Shown: positions 33,025 to 44,387, counted from the stretch's first letter. The stretch: 64,000 nt of DNA from Snowella sp. (GCA_035285545.1 JAYKGY010000070.1:32001-96000), one strand, 5' to 3'. Numbers and translations are program-made. The notes: a model not told the origin generated them from the sequence alone.

Positions 33025-33852
33025 ATGATTTGGCCCCTAAAACCCAAAAGTACCAAACAAATTGCTCGGATTGAAGTTTCAGGCGCGATCGCGGGAAATA
33101 CCCGTGACCAGGTACTTAAAGGATTAAAAACCGTTAAAGAAAAAAAATTCCCTGCCCTCCTACTCCGCATTGACTCTCCAGGGGGAACCGTGGTTGATTC
33201 CCAAGAAATTTATGCAGCCCTCAAGGAATTAGGCAAAACGACTAAAATTGTGGCAAGTTTTGGCAATATTTCTGCCTCTGGAGGAGTTTATATTGGTATG
33301 GGAGCCGATCACGTCATCGCTAATCCAGGAACCATTACCGGCAGTATCGGCGTAATTATTCGCGGTAATAACTTAGAAGGACTATTAGATAAAGTCGGAG
33401 TTTCTTTTAAAGTGATTAAATCCGGGCCCTATAAAGATATTTTGTCTTTTGATCGGGAACTCTTAGCCGAAGAACAACAAATTTTACAAGCCTTGATCGA
33501 TAATACCTATCAACAATTTGTCGAAACCGTAGCAGAATCTCGAAAATTGCCCGTAGAAACTGTTAAATCGTTTGCCGATGGTCGCATTTTTTCAGGTCAA
33601 CAAGCCCTAGAATTCGGATTAGTCGATCGCGTAGGAACCGAAGAAGATGCTCGTCGTTGGGCCGCCGAATTAGCTGGCTTAGATCCGGAAAAAGCCGAAA
33701 TTAATACCATTGAAGAACCCAAACCATTACTCAAAAAAGTCTTAAGTCGCAATCAGCTTTCAATTGATACTCAAAAGGTGAATAGCTTAGTTAATTGGCT
33801 AGAATTTGAAGTTTCTACCAGTGGGCAACCGCTCTGGTTATATCGCCCCTAG
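33025..33852 (+). CDS. sppA: Signal peptide peptidase SppA (short, 36K type)
   Basis: RIDSPGG, SASGGVY and GTITGSIGVI. Confidence 0.92.
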   Translation: MIWPLKPKSTKQIARIEVSGAIAGNTRDQVLKGLKTVKEKKFPALLLRIDSPGGTVVDSQEIYAALKELGKTTKIVASFGNISASGGVYIGMGADHVIANPGTITGSIGVIIRGNNLEGLLDKVGVSFKVIKSGPYKDILSFDRELLAEEQQILQALIDNTYQQFVETVAESRKLPVETVKSFADGRIFSGQQALEFGLVDRVGTEEDARRWAAELAGLDPEKAEINTIEEPKPLLKKVLSRNQLSIDTQKVNSLVNWLEFEVSTSGQPLWLYRP

Positions 33853-33886
33853 TGATTAGCCCAGATTCCGCTGATCGCTAAAAGAA

Positions 33887-33915
33887 AGTCCCCCAGAATT
33901 GGGAGATTTAGGGGG
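33887..33915. repeat. Second copy of the small GC-rich palindromic element
   Basis: Reverse complement CCCCCTAAATCTCCCAATTCTGGGGGACT matches 24277-24305 at 27/29 positions. Confidence 0.75.
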
Positions 33916-33994
33916 ATTTTGAAACGTTATTGCAACAGGAAACCCTATCTCGATCACGCAACGCCGCCTTAATGCCATTTTTAGCCCCTAACCA

Positions 33995-34984
33995 TTAATC
34001 AGCACTAATTTCCTTGTAAGCTCCTATCGTGGCTGCTAGATTTTCCTTTTCTAAATCTTCTGGAAAAGAACCAAAGGGCGGTAATACTTCTTGAATAAAG
34101 GCTTCTGCGGCTTTGGAACGGTAGCGATTCGGATTCAAAATAACATGGAGTGTCCGTCGCACTTCTACGTCCTTAATACGAGCAATATGTAAAACATTCA
34201 TTTGTAATTCTTTTTCAATGGCCGTTGTTGAAACAAATGCCACCCCTAACCCCGCTTGGACTGCATTTTTAATCGCTTCAATCGAGTTGAGTTCCATTTC
34301 AATTTTTAAGCGTTTGGTGTCAATGTCACACTGACTTAAAACCTTATCGATAACTTTACGAATGGTAGATTGGGAATCGAGGGTAATAAATTTGAGCTTA
34401 TATAAATCTTCTTTTTGAATGGTTTCGACTTTTGCTAAGGGATGAGAGGTCGGTAAAATCAAGGCGAGTTCATCTTCGGCGTAGGGAATCACTTGCAGAA
34501 CTTCTTGCAATTCTGAGGGAACTTCTCCCCCAATGATGGCCATATCAACCTGTCCATTGGCGACTCCCCAGGAAGTGCGACGGGTGGAATGAACTTGTAA
34601 CTGCACGGAAACATCGGGATATTTTTGGCGAAAAATGCCGATCATGCGGGGTAACAGGTAAGTGCCTGTGGTTTGGGACGCTCCCACAATTAAGGTTCCT
34701 CCCTGAAGATTTTGTAAATCCTCGATCGCGCGACAGGTTTCTTGGCAGAGAGTTAAGACCTTATCGCCGTAGCTCAATAACAAATGCCCCGCTTCCGTTA
34801 ACTGGGCTTTGCGTCCTCCCCGATCAAATAAGGGCACATTGAGTTGCCTTTCCAAATTTTGTACCTGTAAACTGACTGCCGGTTGAGACACATACAGCGT
34901 ATCGGCTGCCCGCTTAAAACTGCCTTCTGCCGCGATCGCCTTGAGAATCCGCAGTTGATCTAGGGTAAATGGAATATCTGACAT
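33995..34984 (-). CDS. rbcR: LysR-type regulator RbcR/Ycf30
   Basis: [30 protein letters not shown] and [13 protein letters not shown]. Confidence 0.88.
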   Translation of the reverse strand: MSDIPFTLDQLRILKAIAAEGSFKRAADTLYVSQPAVSLQVQNLERQLNVPLFDRGGRKAQLTEAGHLLLSYGDKVLTLCQETCRAIEDLQNLQGGTLIVGASQTTGTYLLPRMIGIFRQKYPDVSVQLQVHSTRRTSWGVANGQVDMAIIGGEVPSELQEVLQVIPYAEDELALILPTSHPLAKVETIQKEDLYKLKFITLDSQSTIRKVIDKVLSQCDIDTKRLKIEMELNSIEAIKNAVQAGLGVAFVSTTAIEKELQMNVLHIARIKDVEVRRTLHVILNPNRYRSKAAEAFIQEVLPPFGSFPEDLEKENLAATIGAYKEISAD

Positions 34985-35230
34985 AGGTTTAGGTGAGAGA
35001 AGGAGAAAGAAGCCAATCGCAATGATAAGTTATTCCTATTAAACATGACAGTAGCATAACAGGGGATCGGGTTACTGTCAGATCAAAAAAATCGAACTAA
35101 TCAGACAATTTCGGGCTTTTAATCTCATTATTTTGTTAAGAAATATTATGAATACTCCCCCTGCTCACCCCTGTTATAACTGGTTTGAGTTTTCTACGAC
35201 CCAACCGCTTATTTAAAGGCGTTAATCCCT

Positions 35231-35503
35231 TTAATCATCGTAAAGACGGCATTCATCCGCATCAGGATTTTCTTCACAGTATCTTTGAAAGGCGGATTTG
35301 GGGGGTTTCTGTTGACTCCGTTGATGGGCGGCTTCGGCTTGCAGTTCTTCTACGCTATCCCAAGCAGCGGCACATTCCGGTGATTGTTCCCCTTTCGCAG
35401 CACAAATTGCTCTGGCTTCTTGGCGGGCTATTTCGATGGCATCGTCAATATTGGCTACCTTGGTGGTATTAATCGAGGTTTGAGTCATATTGTCTTGTGT
35501 CAT
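35231..35503 (-). CDS. cp12: Calvin cycle regulator CP12 with both N- and C-terminal Cys pairs
   Basis: IC...ECAAAWDSVEEL and YCEENPDADECRLYDD. Confidence 0.93.
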   Translation of the reverse strand: MTQDNMTQTSINTTKVANIDDAIEIARQEARAICAAKGEQSPECAAAWDSVEELQAEAAHQRSQQKPPKSAFQRYCEENPDADECRLYDD

Positions 35504-35553
35504 AAAAGTGATTTGAGATTTAAAAAAATTGGACAGTGAGGACGAAAACTTAC

Positions 35554-35844
35554 TCAGGAGCTAGGAGCAAATTCCAATATCGAGGAGAGGGGGAAGAAAG
35601 AAAGAGCAAATTCTCGCTTATGGGGATCAGACGCGGTTACATCCTCCCCTAACACGCTTGGAATATGGGCTTCTAGTACGGCTCCGTTTTGCCAACAAAT
35701 CGCCATAAAGTAATCACAGACAGGACACTCTGTTTGGGCGACTTGCTGGGAAGGACATTGTTGGCCTGTCGATAAACAATCGCTTAATAGCCGTTTACAC
35801 AAACTGCCACAGTTAGGACAGCGAATTACTAGGTGTTTGTTCAT
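35554..35844 (-). CDS. Small Cys-rich putative metal-binding protein of unknown function
   Basis: CPNC and CPVCDY motifs; 8 Cys in the first 50 aa. Confidence 0.75.
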   Translation of the reverse strand: MNKHLVIRCPNCGSLCKRLLSDCLSTGQQCPSQQVAQTECPVCDYFMAICWQNGAVLEAHIPSVLGEDVTASDPHKREFALSFFPLSSILEFAPSS

Positions 35845-35908
35845 TAAGTACCTCTGAAGAGCAGGGTTTGGAATGAGAAAAAACTGTTGAGGGATGAGGA
35901 TTCATGGC

Positions 35909-36250
35909 TCAAGACAAGAAATTTTGGAGGGTACAGCTAAATTCTTCGTAGGGTTTAACACCAATTAAGGTTGTCATTAATTCCCCCTGTTTAAAGTACA
36001 GAACCGCAGGGATACTTTTTAGTCCGAGTCGTTTGGCGACGGTTTTATTATTGTCAAAGTCGAGCTTACAAACCTTGGCGCGATCGCCGTATTCCTCGGC
36101 CAGTTGATCAATAAAAGGCGCAATCACTCGACAAGGCCCGCACCAGGTCGCCGTACAATCGACCACTAATAAAGCTTCTGTCTCTAACAGAGCATTAAAT
36201 TCTTGCTCATTTTGAATAAATGCTGCTTGACCCATGCCGAATAGCTCCAT
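35909..36250 (-). CDS. Thioredoxin
   Basis: WCGPC active site; cis-Pro SIP. Confidence 0.95.
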   Translation of the reverse strand: MELFGMGQAAFIQNEQEFNALLETEALLVVDCTATWCGPCRVIAPFIDQLAEEYGDRAKVCKLDFDNNKTVAKRLGLKSIPAVLYFKQGELMTTLIGVKPYEEFSCTLQNFLS

Positions 36251-36455
36251 TGTTTAGTAATTAAAACGCTGATGTGCAACAAAATTTTATAGAATCATTG
36301 AAGAAGACCAATTTGAGTTAATGGGAATTGGTTACCTCACCCTTAACCAATAAAAAGTGTTAGAAGAACGACCGCCATCGCTTTTTCGTTGGAAATGAAC
36401 TCAAGAGGTTGAGTTAGGATAGGATGATAGAACAGGCAATTGGACTGATACCACC

Positions 36456-36803
36456 ATGACAGCAACTCCTTCAAAAGATTTATCTGCTTGGGAACGGTTA
36501 GAACAAGGTAGACAAGCCAAAGCCATCAGCGGCGGCTATGCAGGCTACGGTTCTCCCGCCTTTGGACAGCAATCGGTGAATGGAGAATTGGTAGCGGATC
36601 CAAACGAGTGCCAAATCATCGAACTTATCCGCCGTCATCACAAATCAGGAAAATCGTTACAGAAGATTGCCGATTGGCTCAATTCTCAGGGCTATACCAC
36701 CAAACGGGGTCAGCCTTGGCAAAGGATTTCCGTGAAACGAGTTTTGGATCGTCTTTACGGAAAGATGCCGAGAATATCTGGAGTTACATCCCAGCTTGAG
36801 TGA
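36456..36803 (+). CDS. Standalone serine-recombinase DNA-binding ('Recombinase') domain protein with no catalytic domain
   Basis: GR.AKA..GGY.G...FG, E..II..I, GKSL..IA..LN..G..T.RG..W...V.R.L; only 115 aa. Confidence 0.78.
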   Translation: MTATPSKDLSAWERLEQGRQAKAISGGYAGYGSPAFGQQSVNGELVADPNECQIIELIRRHHKSGKSLQKIADWLNSQGYTTKRGQPWQRISVKRVLDRLYGKMPRISGVTSQLE

Positions 36804-37001
36804 ACTCCAGAATCGCCTTCCTCATCGTTATATTGATGCCAGAGCAAAGAACCATTAAAACCAAAACTTCTTTTCCAGAGAGGGTTTCAAGGAATTTGCC
36901 GTAACATCCCTCTATGATACAGTGATCCCGTTGGGATTGCAATAAATTGGCGCACTTTTGTCGAGGGAATTTCCACGTTTTAGAGAACTTGTGGGGAAAG
37001 G

Positions 37002-38180
37002 TTGATGTTATCTGAAACTCCGTTTGCTTGGATACCGGATCTCAAAGATGCAATTGAACGTTATCCGCTAACCGTCTCGCCGACCACTTCATTGAAGGAT
37101 GCGATCGCCTTAATTAATCAAGCCCATAGCCATACCTGTTTGCTCAACGATGATCTGTTGGGGATTGAGCAGCCAACAAAAGAAATTCGGACAAGTTGTG
37201 TCCTGGTTATGCAGGAACAGCAATTAATAGGCATTCTAACCGAACGGGATGTGGTGAGATTAACCGCTAAAGCTGTCAATTTTGCAGAAGCAACGGTTGC
37301 CGATGTGATGGTATCCCCAGTGATTACCTTGCCCCAACAATCCATCCAAGATATTTTTGCGGCTCTTTTTCTCTTTCGTCGTTATCGCATTCGTCATTTG
37401 CCGATCGTGGATGAACAAGGGCAATTAGTCGGGATGATTTCCCATGAAAGTATTCGCCATATTTTGCGTCCTGCAAATTTGTTGCGATTTCGTCGGGTTG
37501 CGGATGTGATGACAGTTCAGGTTATTCAAGCTCCCTTAACAGCCAGCCTTTTACACTTGGCTCAATTAATGGCCAAAAATCGGGTGAGTTGTGTGGTGAT
37601 TACCCAACGGGATCGACAGGGAAATGAACAACCTGTGGGCATTGTGACCGAACGAGATATTGTCCAGTTTCAAGCGTTTCAAATTGATCTGGCCCGAACC
37701 CAAGCTCAAACGGTGATGAGTACGCCTCTTTTTCTTCTCAGCCCCGATGATTCGCTCTGGACGGCCCATCAAGAAATGCAGAAAAGACGGGTCGGGCGGT
37801 TGGTGGTGTCTTGGAACTGGGGTCAAGGATTAGGGATTGTGACCCAGACGAGCCTATTACGGATTTTTGATCCGATGGAAATGTACGGGGTGATTGAAAA
37901 TCTACAGCGCACAATTCAACAGTTAGAAACGGAGCGATCGCTGGCTCAGCCCTCTACACAGAAAAGTTTATCTGCTCAGTCGAGTTCTCCCGATCTTTTT
38001 GAGCCACAGACGGAGATTCCCCCTAAACCATCATTAATTTCGGTAATTCAGCAAGCTCAGGATAATCTTCAATGGTTGTTAAAGTTATTCCAGGAAGAAC
38101 CGCGATCGCAACTTGAAGGAGTACAGGAAACCTTAGAAACGTTGAATCAACAAATCGACGAAGTAAAAAGCCTGAATTAA
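37002..38180 (+). CDS. Four-CBS-domain protein with a C-terminal coiled coil
   Basis: LIGILTERDVV, IRHLPIVD..GQLVG and VGIVTERDIV; helical tail. Confidence 0.88.
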   Translation: MMLSETPFAWIPDLKDAIERYPLTVSPTTSLKDAIALINQAHSHTCLLNDDLLGIEQPTKEIRTSCVLVMQEQQLIGILTERDVVRLTAKAVNFAEATVADVMVSPVITLPQQSIQDIFAALFLFRRYRIRHLPIVDEQGQLVGMISHESIRHILRPANLLRFRRVADVMTVQVIQAPLTASLLHLAQLMAKNRVSCVVITQRDRQGNEQPVGIVTERDIVQFQAFQIDLARTQAQTVMSTPLFLLSPDDSLWTAHQEMQKRRVGRLVVSWNWGQGLGIVTQTSLLRIFDPMEMYGVIENLQRTIQQLETERSLAQPSTQKSLSAQSSSPDLFEPQTEIPPKPSLISVIQQAQDNLQWLLKLFQEEPRSQLEGVQETLETLNQQIDEVKSLN

Positions 38181-38220
38181 CAAAGGTGCTACTGTTTTTT
38201 AATTTAGCAACACCTTGTTT
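38179..38220. terminator. Probable bidirectional terminator between the CBS gene and gltD
   Basis: AACAAAGGTGCTA...TAGCAACACCTTGTTT imperfect inverted repeat between convergent genes. Confidence 0.5.
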
Positions 38221-38245
38221 AATCCCTTTTAACAGCCTTCAAGCA

Positions 38246-39733
38246 TTAATCAGGCAGATCGGTAGATCCCATTAAATAGAGATCGCAAGCACGGGCGGCT
38301 CCTCGGCCTTCATTGAAAGCCCAAACCACTAAACTTTGTCCTCGGCGACAATCTCCTGCTGCAAAAACGCCTGGAATACTGGTGACGTACTTGCCATGAT
38401 CCGCTTTTACGTTCCCGCGATTATCCTGTTCCAAATTCAAGGCTTTAATTAAGGGTTCTTCAGGGCCAAGAAAACCCATTGCTAATAAGACTAACTGGGC
38501 AGGCAAGATTTTCTCGGTGCCAGGAATGTGTTTAGGAATAAATTGACCTTTCTCGTTCTTTTCCCATTGCACTTCTACCGTATGAACCGCTTTAACATTG
38601 CCGTTTTCATCTCCCTCAAAATGGGTAGCCGTTCTTAAATAGGCTCTGGGATCGTCTCCAAAAAGAGCTTCGGCTTCTTCTTGCCCGTAGTCAAGTTTGT
38701 AAACCTTGGGCCATTCGGGCCAGGGATTATTGGCAGCCCGCTCATCAGGGGGTTTGGGCATGATTTCCAGTTGAACGACGCTGTTACAACCATGACGAAT
38801 GGAAGTTCCCACACAATCCGTTCCCGTATCACCACCACCGATGATGACCACATCTTTTCCTTCGGCTGAGATAAAATCACTGCCAGGCGTTTTATCCAAA
38901 ATAGCTTTGGTATTCGCCGTTAGAAAATCCATCGCAAAGTGAATGCCTTTGAGTTCCCGATTAGGAATAGATAAATCGCGGGGTTTAGTCGCGCCGGTAC
39001 AGAGAACGACGGCATCGTAGTCTTTTAATAAGATTTCAACGGGGAGGTCTTTACCAACTTCCGTATTGCAAACAAAGGTAACCCCCTCTGCTTCTAACAC
39101 ATTAAGCCGACGTAAAACGACTTCTTCCTTATCTAATTTCATGTTGGGAATGCCATACATCAGCAAACCGCCTGGGCGATCGGCGCGTTCATAAACCGTT
39201 ACCCAATGGCCTGCTTTATTGAGTTGGGCTGCTGCCGCTAATCCGGCGGGGCCTGAGCCAATAACGGCAACTTTTTTTCCAGTTCGTTGGGCAGGAGGTT
39301 CGGGCGTAATCCAGCCTTCTTCCCACCCTTTATCAATAATGGAGCATTCAATATTTTTGATAGTGACAGGTGGGTTATTGATGCCTAAAACGCAGGAACC
39401 TTCGCAGGGAGCAGGGCAAACTCGACCCGTAAATTCAGGGAAATTATTGGTTTTATGCAATCTGTCCAGAGCTTCTCGCCACAGCCCCCGATAGACTAAA
39501 TCATTAAATTCAGGAATGAGGTTATTAATGGGGCAACCGCTAGCCATGCCGCTAATTAAACCACCTGTATGGCAAAAAGGCGTTCCGCAGTCCATACACC
39601 GTGCGCCTTGGTTGCGGAGTTTGTCTTCGTCCATCGGTAGGTGAAATTCATCCCAGTTACGAATGCGATCGCGGGGAGAAATTTCAGAGGGTAATTCGCG
39701 GACAAATTCTAAAAAGCCAGTGGGTTTTCCCAT
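38246..39733 (-). CDS. gltD: NADH-dependent glutamate synthase small subunit
   Basis: [23 protein letters not shown] and [10 protein letters not shown]. Confidence 0.95.
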   Translation of the reverse strand: MGKPTGFLEFVRELPSEISPRDRIRNWDEFHLPMDEDKLRNQGARCMDCGTPFCHTGGLISGMASGCPINNLIPEFNDLVYRGLWREALDRLHKTNNFPEFTGRVCPAPCEGSCVLGINNPPVTIKNIECSIIDKGWEEGWITPEPPAQRTGKKVAVIGSGPAGLAAAAQLNKAGHWVTVYERADRPGGLLMYGIPNMKLDKEEVVLRRLNVLEAEGVTFVCNTEVGKDLPVEILLKDYDAVVLCTGATKPRDLSIPNRELKGIHFAMDFLTANTKAILDKTPGSDFISAEGKDVVIIGGGDTGTDCVGTSIRHGCNSVVQLEIMPKPPDERAANNPWPEWPKVYKLDYGQEEAEALFGDDPRAYLRTATHFEGDENGNVKAVHTVEVQWEKNEKGQFIPKHIPGTEKILPAQLVLLAMGFLGPEEPLIKALNLEQDNRGNVKADHGKYVTSIPGVFAAGDCRRGQSLVVWAFNEGRGAARACDLYLMGSTDLPD

Positions 39734-40054
39734 AGTTCTCTATCTCAATTACATACTTTTTTCGACCAACTAAAAGCCTAATCTCAACCTAACTCAGGAC
39801 TCGGCTCAAAATCGCTATCCATTACGCTAGTGGATTTTTGAAAGAATTGTCAAACTTTTGACCCCCGAAATATTTGGGTTTATTGATTTTAGTAACAATT
39901 TGTATTAATTCCTTTTGCTCGATAACCGGAAATGACGCGATCGCTGATTTAGAAAAGCAACTTTTACCCTCTGTACCAAACTACGTCACCGAAATGACAA
40001 AATGAGATGGGGGGTTTACCGCTATGGTAAGTTTAACAATAAGGAGGATTGAAG

Positions 40055-40141
40055 ATGGGCTATCGTTTCCTGGCTCATGCTAACCTCCCGATGCGCGATC
40101 GCGGTACGATCAACTTAGACAGTCAGATGAACGATTTATAA
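40055..40141 (+). CDS. Possible 28-aa small protein or uORF (MGYRFLAHANLPMRDRGTINLDSQMNDL)
   Basis: AAGGAGG 7 nt before the ATG; -10-like TATGGT at 40023; no recognised homology. Confidence 0.3.
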   Translation: MGYRFLAHANLPMRDRGTINLDSQMNDL

Positions 40142-40232
40142 CGAAATACGAGTAGAAAAGCGATGACAACACTTGAACCTACGCACCTCTACTGAAAATT
40201 CATTAAAACAAACTATTTAAGGAGAACTCAAT

Positions 40233-41534
40233 TTGGTGAGCATAGCCTCTTTTAAAACCACTAAATCTGAAGAAATTTTTGCTGCTGCCCAAGAATTAAT
40301 GCCAGGCGGTGTTAGCTCTCCTGTACGGGCATTCAAATCCGTCGGCGGTCAACCGATTGTCTTTGATCGGGTAAAAGGGGCCTATATCTGGGATGTCGAT
40401 GGCAATGAATATATTGATTATGTAGGCACCTGGGGCCCTGCGATTTGCGGTCATACCCACCCTGAAGTAATTAACGCCCTCCAGGAAGCCTTAGCGAAAG
40501 GAACCAGCTTTGGCGCGCCCTGCCAACAGGAAAATGTTTTGGCCGAAATGGTCATTGATGCTGTCCCTAGCATTGAAATGGTTCGCTTTGTGAACTCTGG
40601 AACCGAAGCCTGTATGTCGGTATTACGGTTAATGCGAGCCTTTACAGGACGGGAAAAAATCATCAAATTTGAAGGATGCTACCACGGCCATGCGGATATG
40701 TTCCTGGTCAAAGCGGGGTCTGGGGTCGCCACCTTAGGTTTACCCGATTCCCCTGGTGTTCCCAAATCTACCACAGGCGCAACCCTCACTGCTCCCTACA
40801 ATGATTTAGAAGCGGTCAAAGCCCTATTTGCTGAAAATCCCGATAGCATTGCGGGAGTAATTTTAGAACCTGTCGTCGGTAATGCAGGTTTTATTGTTCC
40901 TGATGCGGGCTTTCTCGAAGGATTACGGGAATTAACCAAGGAATACGGAGCATTATTAGTTTTTGATGAAGTCATGACAGGCTTTCGTATTGCCTACGGC
41001 GGCGCACAGGAAAAATTTGGCATCACACCCGATTTAACGACGTTAGGGAAAGTCATCGGTGGCGGTTTACCCGTTGGTGCTTACGGTGGGCGTAAAGATA
41101 TCATGTCTCTGGTTGCCCCTGCTGGCCCGATGTATCAAGCGGGAACCCTATCGGGAAATCCTTTGGCGATGACGGCAGGCATTAAAACTTTAGAATTGCT
41201 CCAAAAACCAGGAACTTATGAGTATTTGGATAAAATCACCCAAAAATTAGCTAAGGGTTTATTGCAAGCGGCTAAAGATGCGGGTCACTCCGTTTGTGGT
41301 GGTTCTATCAGTGCTATGTTTGGGATGTTCTTCTGCGCTGGCCCTGTCCGTAATTACGAAGATGCAAAAAAAGCCGATACCGCAAAATTCGGTCGTTTCC
41401 ATCGCGGCATGTTAGAGCGGGGCATTTATCTTGCGCCTTCCCAGTTTGAAGCCGGATTTACCTCCTTGGCCCATACAGATGAGGACATTGAGCGCACCTT
41501 AACAGTAGCTAAAGAGGTTTTAAGCAGTCTGTAG
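40233..41534 (+). CDS. hemL: Glutamate-1-semialdehyde 2,1-aminomutase
   Basis: [20 protein letters not shown] and [10 protein letters not shown]. Confidence 0.97.
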   Translation: MVSIASFKTTKSEEIFAAAQELMPGGVSSPVRAFKSVGGQPIVFDRVKGAYIWDVDGNEYIDYVGTWGPAICGHTHPEVINALQEALAKGTSFGAPCQQENVLAEMVIDAVPSIEMVRFVNSGTEACMSVLRLMRAFTGREKIIKFEGCYHGHADMFLVKAGSGVATLGLPDSPGVPKSTTGATLTAPYNDLEAVKALFAENPDSIAGVILEPVVGNAGFIVPDAGFLEGLRELTKEYGALLVFDEVMTGFRIAYGGAQEKFGITPDLTTLGKVIGGGLPVGAYGGRKDIMSLVAPAGPMYQAGTLSGNPLAMTAGIKTLELLQKPGTYEYLDKITQKLAKGLLQAAKDAGHSVCGGSISAMFGMFFCAGPVRNYEDAKKADTAKFGRFHRGMLERGIYLAPSQFEAGFTSLAHTDEDIERTLTVAKEVLSSL

Positions 41535-41603
41535 CCATTAACCGCTAAAATAAAAACGTAACTATTGTGTGAGTTCTGTGTCAGAATAAAGCACTGTAGT
41601 TAA

Positions 41604-41677
41604 CGGGATGTAGCGCAGCTTGGTAGCGCGCTTGCTTTGGGAGCAAGATGTCGCAGGTTCAAATCCTGTCATCCCGA
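41604..41677 (+). tRNA. trnP: tRNA-Pro (TGG)
   Basis: CGGGATG/CATCCCG acceptor stem, D-loop TGG, anticodon arm CTTGC-TTTGGGA-GCAAG, T-loop TTCAAAT; CCA not encoded. Confidence 0.97.
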
Positions 41678-41789
41678 TTTTCTAAATTTACTCAATTACG
41701 CAATCAGCGCGATCAAAGATTTTTAAATTAATTAATCATTGAGTAAGAGGTGTTGAAAGATAGCTTAAAAAATTAAAATTAATGAGAAT

Positions 41790-42233
41790 TTAGGCTAAAA
41801 ACTCAGGATCTAAAACCTGCTCAATCGTGTAAGGGAAATAGTTAGGAAAGCTTTCTATCGGCTGTTTAGTTTCTTTTGCTGCATCTCGACGCGATCGCTT
41901 GTAATATTTTTCAATCCAGTCTTGATCTTCAAGAAATCGTCGTAAACTCGGTGTATCTTCTAAACAATCTTGAATTTTGTCTCGACAGTTAGCAATCGTA
42001 ATTTCCCAACTAGCGGTTCTACGCTCAGGTTGATAGTCCCATTTCAATAAGTGCATCACTAGGCGTTGGAAATAACTGCTAAATTCCCGTTGCTCACTGC
42101 GTCCCAAGGCCTCTAACTCCTCGATTAAATGATTGACATCTAATTGTTCCCAATGTCCTTTTCGGAGGTATTCAGCCTGTTTTTGTGTCCATATTAAGAA
42201 ATCTTGATCGTACTCTGTGACTGTTTTTTCCAT
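41790..42233 (-). CDS. DUF29-family protein
   Basis: YDQDF..W...Q, LIEELEALGRSE, HLLKW.YQP.RR..SW and PSL. Confidence 0.92.
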   Translation of the reverse strand: MEKTVTEYDQDFLIWTQKQAEYLRKGHWEQLDVNHLIEELEALGRSEQREFSSYFQRLVMHLLKWDYQPERRTASWEITIANCRDKIQDCLEDTPSLRRFLEDQDWIEKYYKRSRRDAAKETKQPIESFPNYFPYTIEQVLDPEFLA

Positions 42234-42311
42234 AAATCATCGGTTGTTTATTAGCGTTCTTCTGGAAAGCTTAAACAGAAATAGGGACGGGAAAACCGTA
42301 CTTGCCTAACC

Positions 42312-42338
42312 TTAGCACTCACACCCTAAGAGTGCTAA
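42312..42338 (+). promoter_or_regulatory. CIRCE operator (HrcA site)
   Basis: Perfect TTAGCACTC-N9-GAGTGCTAA upstream of groEL. Confidence 0.95.
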
Positions 42339-44063
<1,725 letters not shown>

Positions 44064-44152
44064 TCCTACCCGCTAAATATCAGCCATTTATTCCAGGGCA
44101 AACTATCTTAACGACTTAGCAATCATAGATTGACTATCCATAAATTACGGAT

Positions 44153-44187
44153 AAGGCAAGGAAAAAATATTTCTTTGCCTTTTTTTA
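44153..44187 (+). terminator. Intrinsic terminator of groEL2
   Basis: AAGGCAAGGAAA-loop-TTTCTTTGCCTT followed by a T-run. Confidence 0.75.
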
Positions 44188-44200
44188 TTACCCCATAAAG

Positions 44201-44387
44201 CGTGATTCAAATCACAAAACGAATGAGACTCAAATCACGTTTCTTTTGTCTACTACCGAATAAACTTTAAATTGACTGTGCTAAAGATCAAATAGTAAGC
44301 CAATAAAACGCATAAACAATAGGTGATCCAAATCACAAAAAAATCGGATTTAAATCACAGTTTATCTACTCTATAACGCAATAAACT
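44201..44387 (+). promoter_or_regulatory. Duplicated promoter with four CRP(SyCRP1)-like boxes and two TAAACT -10 elements
   Basis: CGTGA-N6-TCACA (44201), TGAGA-N6-TCACG (44224), GGTGA-N6-TCACA (44322), TCGGA-N6-TCACA (44344); TAAACT at 44261 and 44382. Confidence 0.72.

Noticed and set aside
35056..35177. 10-bp inverted repeat ATAACAGGGG/CCCCTGTTAT about 100 bp apart upstream of rbcR, as possible MITE ends
   Set aside because: Single short match, no target-site duplication and no other copies seen
36456..36803. Recombinase ORF as an active mobile element or invertase
   Set aside because: No catalytic serine domain and no long flanking att or inverted repeats
39892..39905. GTAACAATTTGTAT, NtcA-like site upstream of gltD
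   Set aside because: One mismatch and no properly spaced -10; too weak in AT-rich DNA
41604..42233. tRNA-Pro followed by DUF29 as a possible integrated island
   Set aside because: No integrase and no duplicated tRNA 3' end seen; DUF29 genes are commonly scattered in cyanobacteria
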